A stretch of 64,000 bases of DNA, taken from NCBI GenBank assembly GCA_040954595.2, contig CM082591.2, positions 9,503,309-9,567,308 of the forward strand, given 5' to 3'. Below, one piece after another: positions 55,035 to 64,000 of this stretch. This stretch comes from Balanoglossus misakiensis (lineage: Eukaryota > Animalia > Hemichordata). The notes under the pieces are model-generated. The model ran no database searches. It was given only the letters and a program-made list of their open reading frames with translations, and was not told the origin of the DNA. Numbering within the stretch: the stretch's first letter is position 1; each line of letters begins with the position of its first letter. Position numbers and translations under genes: made by a program.

Positions 55035-58000
55035 TTAAAGGCTATGAAAAAGAAAAACCCCTCTCTTCTCACATTGAAAAGGTTACAGCAGACTGTAGAA
55101 ACTGTATTTAACACGCTTTAAATAAGCCAGTTCCATGCGGCTTTTTAGTGCATGCCAAATTCTATTGTTCTCGGTACCAGATGTATAATATCAAGGTTTT
55201 CTGTTTTAAAAAAAAATATTGACTTACGTGTGCAAGTTGGGAAGTCAGCATCATACTGGCCTTCCACTGTACACAACAGAGTGGACTGTCCATTCAGTTG
55301 AAAACCCTCCAAACAATAGAATGTAATGGTGCTATTGAACTCCACCAGAATATCACCAGTTTCCTCTATGTTCCAGACTAGGGATCCTTCACGTGGATTT
55401 GGAATTGGGATTGGGTTGGAAATGTTGGGCACAATACACGTCACGGCTGTACAAGATAAAAAGACAATATTGGTGAAGTACACACGAATTAATATTTGTT
55501 TTTATGGAATGACAAACTATAGCCATTACACAGGACACTAAATGTCAATCTTTGTACTATTCGTACATGAAACTTTTCTTTCAAATACAACTTACAGACC
55601 AACATAGACAGTCATGCTTATATAAGTATGACTATCTATTAAAGTTACATTCATATCATGATTGTTGTTTTACACTGTGTTTTCAAAGTAATTGTTGCAG
55701 TAAACCAATTGCCTTGCTTGGAAATATTAAAAGGGAAGTCCTATCCAGCTGATTTATGCATAATTTCTACACAATGTTTTTTTTCTGAAAGAATGACCTC
55801 AAAGCTACCCAATTATGTAGCTGAACCGGACTTCCCCTTTAAATGCTACCAGTGAGCTTGTTTGTCTTTGTAAATACACTCAAGTATTAATCCCCTTTTC
55901 CTCAGAATTCAATGCATCTTCATGCCATGAGGTGAGAGGACACTTTTGTTAGCAGGAGGGAAACAAATCCAAAATAAATAATAACAGTGCAAAGTTGGTC
56001 TGCTGACTTTCTCCACATTTCATTATTGAATTACGGCAAAATTATGAAATCCAATTATGAAATTCAGCTTTTTGTCCATTTTTTGTTGCTGCAAATTCAT
56101 TCCCATATATGGCTGAATGGCGTATTTGAGCATTCTAAAGAACATATGGTGGCGCCTGTTTTCCACGTGTGCCACCAAATGAAAATATGTGATTGGCTAG
56201 ATTTCAATTTTCCATGGTAACTATATATAGCTAATTTTCCATGGGTGATCATATACCTTTAACTCTATAGTTTAATATGATACTTACGAACACATGATTG
56301 GTTAAAAGTGTAGACATCATACATTGAGAGACCAGTTTCTCCAGGTGGCAGATAGAATCCACCTGTGCCGTTATTTGCATATAAGAGATAGCCTTCTTCA
56401 CAGGAACATTGAAAACCACCTGCAGTGTTTTCACAAAGTTGATCACAAGAATGTGAAGCACATTCATTTATATCTACAAAGAAGGAACATGGATTGGATT
56501 AAAACAATGTACGTTCAGTAAAATTGAAAGTATTGTAATTTCTTTTAATCGTGAATTTTGGGATTATCTTGTGTACATACAAGATGAATCTGTGATAAAA
56601 TAAAGGCGTCACCTTGCTTGCTTTTGAAATACAAGGCCATGAATTTAGTTGATAATAGAAGAAACCTGCTGACTCAGCATGGTTCACCAATGGTTTGTCT
56701 ATGGACAAAAACCTTAAAGAAATTTATCTCAAAATAGAGCATTGTAACCACACAATTTTATTTGACCAATGAATTTATATTTACTAGACTGAGCTATGTG
56801 TAAAATTTCGTGAAAATGACAATAGTAGAAGTTTGTTTTCTAGCAATTATCAATGTAATCCTATGAGAAAAAGACACCTGAGATTAAAAGGTCATTCCAA
56901 AAATTTATCCGGAATTCTGAAATAAGTTCGGAATGTGTTAAATGTGAAAATAGTGACTTGAAGTTATGTTGCAAGTGACTTGTTTATGTCTCATTTTGCA
57001 TGCTGTTCCATTCACATCTGGTTCAAATCCCACCAAACATGCACACTGATAGTCACCATCTCTATTTTCACAGACTTGATTGATTCCACTAGGTGCCACC
57101 AATGTACTACATTCATTGATATCTGAAATGTTATTCATCAAGATATGATCAAAATCCCACAGGTCCACTGGTAAATTCAGACCAACAAGTTTAGCTGGGA
57201 AGCACCAGACCAACAGGAAATTTTCACAAACAAATTTTCGCGAACTATGCAAGAGCCAAAAAAAAAAGACGTTTTTGCGTAAACAACAATTTTCAGTGAT
57301 AACAATGCAGTGAAATACGAGAACATGAAAATTAATCGTCTCATAACAGTTTCTGCTTTTGATATCGCAAAAAAATTCTTTGTCGCGAAAATTTCCCGTT
57401 TTACAGTAATCAATGAAAAATAAAATTAGAAAAAATCATGAAATTTCTGACAGCCATAGATTTGCATGGCATGAACTGTATGTCCTATCAGCATGTAGTT
57501 TAGGTGACATTTATGATAAATAGTCAAATTACTGGAGTAATCGATTACGGTACCTCATAAGCAGACAACCACATGAAGACCAATCTTGATGTGAACTTAC
57601 CAATGCATGATGGTATTGCACTATTCCACTGTAAATCAGATTGACAAGTCAGGTAATCAGCACCATTTAATTCATAGCCAGCATCACAATAGAATGTGAT
57701 GTTACTGCCCATATAATATGGTCCACTATCAGGGACAGCTTGTAGATGTGGGTCTGTTATGAGTATATCACTGCAGTTCAATCCTGCAAGTAAACAAAAA
57801 ATAAAACACTATGTGGATGCAGACTTGATTGTGGTATATGTATTGGGTATCTGTATTCTGTCACAACTTTAACATTTTCACCCCAAGTTCCCACTATAAA
57901 AGTCCAGATACCATTGACTCCTTTTTTTCTATTATCGACTAAATTCATGACTCTGTATTTCAAAAACAAGCGTGGTGACCCCTATATTTTATCACAAATT

Positions 58001-58579
58001 TTCATTATACATACATAGGATAATCCAAAAATTAACAATTAAAAGAAATGACCATATTTTCAATTTTACTGAATGTACATCCTTAAATGACTTACGTTGA
58101 CAGTATCCTGGATCTCCAATCCAAGATCCATCTTCACCACATGTAGAGACAGTGTAGCCAGTCAGACTGTAGCCAGATGGACATGAGTAAGCAATGGTTG
58201 TTCCAAAAATCAATGAATCCCCATTAACAATTTGATAAGTAGTTGTCTACATTCGGTGGTGGACACTCACGAGCTGTTTGGATAAGATGAACAGATAACA
58301 TTACAAGTGTGTTAATACTAGGAAAATGGTTTAAAGGGACATAACATGTAGCAGTAACTCTCACAATCCTGCATATTTTCAAGTTACCAGTGTCTGGTTT
58401 AACATTCAGAGTGTAATGTCCCAATTAGACACCCATGTGGAATGTAGCAACCAGCACAAAGTGCCCCATCATAACGCTATGGAGAGAATTTCAACTTGAG
58501 TCAGTGATTTTTATGAAAACATGACAGTGAACACCCTGTGTTATACTTTGTTTTCAAAACGACTCATCACACACTTTAA

Positions 58580-58879
58580 AGCCTCTAGAGCTGCCAAATT
58601 TCACATTTTTTTTCTTTTCCACAGTAAAACCTTTCAAATCTATGGTGATGCATACCACGATAGCTAGCTGCATACTGTTTGTATGGAGGCTGATTTTAAT
58701 AAAATGGGTACGGCACCTGTTTAATACATTGCACGTTTAAATTGCAACATACAGCCACAATCAGGCATTGATGACATGTTCCTGTATCCCTATCAGTAAG
58801 CTTAATTATTTCAATGTACCAATCTACGTCGGAAAATAAAATCTGAAAATAAACGCAAAAAGTGGCAGCTCTAGAGGCT
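58580..58879. mobile_element. TTAA-flanked MITE
   Basis: TIR AGCCTCTAGAGCTGCCA, TTAA on both sides. Confidence 0.8.
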
Positions 58880-59584
58880 TTAAAGCATTGAAAGGTTCAG
58901 AGGACTAACATTTTTCTGAAAATCCGTCTCCTAAGTGTGCACTACAATGGCAGTTTAATTGTTTTCAAAAATATCAACTTACGCTCGCATTGGGGCACAA
59001 GTGGACCCCAGACACCATCTGCTTGGCATTCCAATGAAGTCACATTATTTATAAACTGATAGCCTTCAATGCATTGATAATAAGCAATGCCACCATACAC
59101 TGTACTGGTAACATTGGTAAGAATTCCATTGCTGCACTCAGGGGGTCAACCACATGTTATTCCTAAAAAATAAACAACAAATTAGTGTCATTCAAGTTGT
59201 TGCTAACAATAGATTCAAGAGACAAATTAAGTCTCTCTCATCACTGCACTTTTTTCATTAATTATCTTGGATACAAGACACCAGGCTAGGCATATTTGCA
59301 TAGCTGGTACGACTTATACACGGCGAAAATGTTTTTTTTTTCCTGAAAGAGTGACCTCAAAGCTACAAAATTATGTAGATATCAGCTAGACCGGACATCC
59401 CCTTTAACTACGGGATAACCGTCCGAGCATTGGAATGAGACAGTGACATCATAGCTTCTATCATCTGTACTGGTCACCACGCCCTCACCAATCACAATTT
59501 CGGGACAGTCTGTCAGAACAAGGATCACAATGATAAGAATGCATGCAGACAAATACTTAAACTCATAAATGTCAGTTGTTTTAA

Positions 59585-59809
59585 AGTGAACGGGTCGTCG
59601 CAACGCGTTTGTTTATAAACATTACAATTCATCCACAAATCCCTCAAATAAGATAATTCTTAGAATGAACGAAGCAGCTGACAGTATCCTAGACTGGCCA
59701 TGACAGCAACTGAAGATCCTAGTAGGTCGTGGCTGTCTAATTTCAGGGATTTGTGGATGAATTGCAATGTTTATAAACAAACAAACGCAGTGCGACGACC
59801 CCATCACTT
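59585..59809. mobile_element. Palindromic MITE
   Basis: Inverted arms of about 60 bp, GGGTCGTCGCA...TTTATAAACATT.CAATTCATCCACAAATCCCT. Confidence 0.7.
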
Positions 59810-60029
59810 TATTGAGTGTGATACAAGAGTGTTGCCATTCCTGTCAATGGTCCAAAAATGCATTGCAATTGTAAAAAATTACTGTTTCTGTTTTTCCAGC
59901 TCTTTGAAGTTTCGTAAAAATTCAAAAACCTTTGCACCTTTCACTTAATGACTCTAAATCACAAGGAATAAAGGGAGAGTGTGTTTCTAAGAATTCTGTA
60001 ACAACTTTTTCTGTAATGTTAGTAAGTTA

Positions 60030-60235
60030 CTGTAAAACACTTTATTTTTGCGAGCAAAAGATTTTCGCGAAATACGCGAGAGCCAAAATAGTGTGAAAAT
60101 AAAAAGTCGCGTAATTTTTTTGAAGATAAAGATGCAATGAATGAAATAAGAGAACGCGAAAATTAATACTGGCGAAACAGTGGCCTCTCAAGATGTCGCG
60201 AAAATTTCAACTCGTGAAAATGAAGTGTTTTACAG
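60030..60235. mobile_element. Short TA-flanked MITE (CTGTAAAA...TTTTACAG)
   Basis: TIR CTGTAAAACACTT; relatives at 60709-60914, ~60467, ~57200-57407, ~53800-53917 and ~8910-9080. Confidence 0.75.
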
Positions 60236-60708
60236 TATGTGTACCTGGTGAAAATGAATCCCTGAATCCTTTAGCTGGTCGTGTTCTACTACTCCTGAAC
60301 ACAACCGAAAAGTGTCCAATGTCTGTACGGCAATCGGGTGGTGGCACTGTGCCATCAATGACTCCATCAGAATTGCCACTCCATCGACCAATAATGACAT
60401 CATCATCACTCTCAGTACCATTGTATACCTTCAGAAACAAAGACAAATTAAGCATACATTGTAAATACCGTAAAACGGGAAATCTTCACAACAGGAAATT
60501 TTCGCGATATCAAAGGTGGCTACAGTTACGCGACAATTAATTTTCACATTGCCATATTTTACTGCATTGTTATCTCTGAAGCATTTTAAGCGACTTTTTA
60601 TTTTCATATTTTTTGGCTCTCACGTAGTTTACGAAAATTTATCGTTCACGAAAATTTTTAAGTATTCAATCCTTGTTGCATTTCCTGCTGTAACAGCTAC
60701 TCAACATA

Positions 60709-60914
60709 CTGTAAAATGGGAAATGTTCGCAAACAATAAATTTTCGCGATCTACGTGAGAGCCATCAAAACATGAAAATAAATAGTTGCGTAAAAATGTT
60801 TTTCGGAGATAATGATGCAGTGAAATACAAGAACGTGAAAAGTTATTGTTGCATAACACTTGCCTCTTTTGATATCGCGAAAATTTCATGTTGCAAAAGT
60901 ATCCCGTTTTACAG
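60709..60914. mobile_element. Short TA-flanked MITE
   Basis: TIR CTGTAAAA(T/C)GGGA, TA TSD. Confidence 0.75.
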
Positions 60915-61276
60915 TATATATGTGATTAATTAAATTTCCAAATTGTGTTCCAAAGTTGTATAGTTTCAAGTAATGTCTGCCAAAATTGTCAAACTAAAAT
61001 CACTGCAAAATAATATGACAATTTTTTTAATATGACAAATATTTTTAACATGGCTGACTCATGATCATATCTGATACTCACAATGATGTAATCAACATCT
61101 GTGTTCCTCTCTAATCCAAAGTTCTCATCAAAGATAAGAGTTAATGGTCTTCCAGTTGGTTCCTTGATTAACCAGCTACACATAACATCATCAGGGTAAG
61201 TGCTACCATCATACCCTGGTGACTGAATCGTGCCAAAACTACGCAGAATTTCAATTCCCTGGCAACCTTTAAAGAA

Positions 61277-62162
61277 ACAAGTGACCTTTCGGTCAAAAGA
61301 GCTCTGCTGACTTTAACAGTGAAACATATAGCTGGGCAATGATATGAATACCCTAGGTTTTAATCATAACAATTGTATTCTATTAAACAAAACCAAACAT
61401 AGACATCACACATATTTAATATCCACATTCAGCTTGATTCATTGTGCTAAAGAAACATAAAATGTATTCCTAAAGAACAACATCAAAAGGAAGTACCAAG
61501 GTTCTAATTTGCATATTCATGACCCAATCAAAATTCCAATAAAACAAAATCAGGTAGGGGCACCATAACACACATTCTACCAAATTTCAGCTCCATTGTA
61601 CATGTATTTAGGGAGAAGATTTTTTTTACCAAAAATTCTATTTTTAGATCTAATTTGCATATTTATGACCCCATCATATCCAAATTAACAAAATCAGGTA
61701 GGGGCACCATAACACACATTCCTACTAAATTTCAGCTCCATCGTACATGTAGTTAGGGAGAAGAAGATTTTTGACCAAAAATTATATTTTTAGATCTAAT
61801 TTGCATATTTATGACCCCATCAAATCCAAATTAACAAAATCAGGTAGGGACACTGTAACACACATTCCTACTAAATTTCAGCTCCATCGTACATATAGTT
61901 AGGGAGAAGAAAATTTTTGACCAAAAAATCTATTTTTAGATCTAATTTGCATATTTATGACCCCATCAAATCCAAATTTACAAAATCGGGTAGGGGCACC
62001 ATAACACACATTCCACCCAAATTTCAGCTAAATATGCAATGTCGTTTTAAAGAAGAAGATTGAAATACCAAAAGTTGACGGACGACGGACGCCGGACGCC
62101 GGACGGACACTTATCAACCTACTGCTACAGCTCGGCTGACACAAGTGACAGCCGAGCTAAAA
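61277..62162 (+). mobile_element. HINE-like element, 4 core repeats
   Basis: Same ends as 37238-37839; cores start at 61504, 61650, 61796 and 61942. Confidence 0.78.
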
Positions 62163-62540
62163 ATACCAAACAAGGAATAATGAATTCAATCCACAGGTTT
62201 GGTGTAATCCTGGCTGCCTTTTATTTCGTGCTAGGGGATCAAATCACATAATAATTGCCTTCTGGATAAAAAGTCGTAAGCGACAGAAGAAGTGACTGTT
62301 AACTGTATATGAATTCCTTAGGTGAAACATTTCTGTCGTTATACATGTAGTTATCAAATTAAACTCATTAAACTTTTTTCACATTTTGTTATTTTTTTTG
62401 TTAAAAAGTTCCATAATGACCCAGTATCAGATTAGCTTATATTATAAACTTCCAGAAAGAATGGCAAAAGAAGATAGATCTGTGATCCTTACAATTCTAA
62501 CTGGGTTGAACTTCTTTGGGAAGGATTTTAAGTGATTTAA

Positions 62541-62889
62541 AGGGACAAAGTTTCTCTCTCTCGCTGCCCTTTTCCCATTAACTATGTTTGATACAAGACA
62601 CTGTTTATGTTATTCTACATGTGGATATATAGTGAATCAACATTCAACCACGCACAACTTCCATCCCGTTTGTAGGATATGAGAGTAAAAATATTGCCAA
62701 AATGAATAAACGGTAGAGACCAATTATTCATTTTGGCGAGTTTTTTCACTCTTGTGTCTACAAGTGGGATGGAAGTTGTGTGTGGTCAAACGTTGATTCA
62801 ATATATATCCACATGTAGAATAACATAAACGCTGTATTGTATCATCATAATTCCTCGAAAAAGGGTAGCGAGAGAGAGTCTTTGTCCCT
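62541..62889. mobile_element. Palindromic Kolobok-type MITE (family of 49421)
   Basis: Same TIRs, TTAA flanks. Confidence 0.85.
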
Positions 62890-63291
62890 TTAAAACATTG
62901 TTCTCTTGTATCATGAATCCTTGATTGCCTCTTCATTCAAGCAACATCTTGATCAATTTGAATGCGTTACCTACCTGCCCAGTAATGTGCATGAAAACCT
63001 CTCATTGTAACTGCATCATCACTCTTAAAGTCAACTCTCATCATACTTTTGGAAGATATGATGACATTGGGTAACTCCATCCCAGAAAATAAAGCAAGTC
63101 TGAGGGCAGGATTCAGTTCAGCGCCATCGTATACAGACACTTGATCAGCCCCATCTTCTGTTGCAAAGGAGATAAACTGAAAATATATAAAAAATAGCAT
63201 CAAAGACACTGTGCTGCCATTTGATATGTACATTTAAATGTGACATACCGTACAATCATAGTGATCACAATTTCCTACACAAAACCATTAA

Positions 63292-63564
63292 GGGGCAAAT
63301 TCTCTCTCTCTCGCTGCCCCTTTTCCATTAATTATCGTTTGATTATCGTTTATGTTATTCTACATGTGGATATATAGTGAATCAACATTCCATCCCGCTT
63401 CATTTTGGGCGAGATTTTTACTCTCATATCGTAAAATGGGATGGAAGGTGTGTGTGGTCGAATGTTGATTCACTATATATCATCATGTAGAATAACATAA
63501 ACGGTGTCTTGTATCAAACATAATTAATGGGAAAAGGGCAGCGAGAGAGAGAGACTTTGTCCCT
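63292..63564. mobile_element. Palindromic Kolobok-type MITE, internally deleted
   Basis: Same family TIRs. Confidence 0.8.
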
Positions 63565-64000
63565 ATAAGGACACCTTTAGCATTGATGAGGTAATATAAG
63601 AATAAATCTGATGAAGAATATTTTCACATCCCAATAAACCAAAATCCGAAACAACTGGAAGAGCAGCTTCTGACATAAGTGGACTTTTGGACCAAAAATG
63701 TCTAAAACTACCCACCCCCCTCCTCCCCAGTATTGATATTTGACACATGTTTATGTACACCATAATAAAAATACTTTAAGAAAATCGGAAAAGTGGCTAC
63801 TGAGAATTGACCAGAAATGACAAAAATAAAATGTATTTTTAAAAATATAATTACTAATTTTTGTCATGCTGTAAAACAACTCGCACGATTAATTGCATCT
63901 GAATCCACTAATAACATGAAATGAGTTGTGAAAAAGAGTACAAATATGAGTTCATCTACATGTACATGTAGTCTTCTATTTACCTGTAAAGTGACAACAA

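Larger units (their letters stand above)
46900..64000 (-). pseudogene. Uninflatable-like CUB/sushi/EGF multidomain gene with Thr-rich stalk and multiple disabling lesions; 5' end outside the window, 3' limit approximate
   Basis: CUB exons 63176-62975, 61266-61082, ~60428-60245. Sushi exons near 59450, 59070, 58180, 57690, 55340, 54530, 54110, 53520. EGF-Ca exons ~57120-57000 and 56473-56288 (NGTGGF...GETG..DVYTFNQSCV). In-frame TGA at 59148-59146, frameshifts near 58235 and 56325, a MITE truncating the ~59400 exon. Confidence 0.75.

Noticed and set aside
59146-59148. In-frame TGA as selenocysteine or readthrough
   Set aside because: Not at a conserved Cys position, and neighbouring exons carry frameshifts, so decay is the simpler explanation.

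Overview
AT-rich, intron-rich animal genomic DNA. A marine invertebrate is inferred from gene and transposon content; the species cannot be determined. Hand-spliced genes, all on the minus strand: (1) a 4-exon putative Academ/DUF6589-like DDE transposase (640-~4700) beside a long terminal hairpin; (2) an intact 15-exon, 509-aa ARSB/I/J-like sulfatase (10236-22336) that keeps its CTPTR formylglycine motif but has Ala at two normally invariant catalytic positions; (3) a tandem array of flavin-containing monooxygenases, two intact 499-aa genes without a membrane anchor plus one pseudogene (28000-40152); (4) a decaying uninflatable-like CUB/sushi/EGF gene (~46900 to beyond 64000). Also present: a histone H4 orphon pseudogene, a solo LTR, a tandem/inverted Penelope-like retroelement cluster with three hammerhead ribozymes nested in an Academ-type MITE, and Kolobok, Harbinger-like, Tc1/pogo, MULE-foldback, Crypton-like and Helentron-type non-autonomous elements. 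The most interesting candidates are the remodelled sulfatase next to the diversifying soluble FMOs (a possible animal small-molecule pathway locus) and the hairpin-associated transposase gene.
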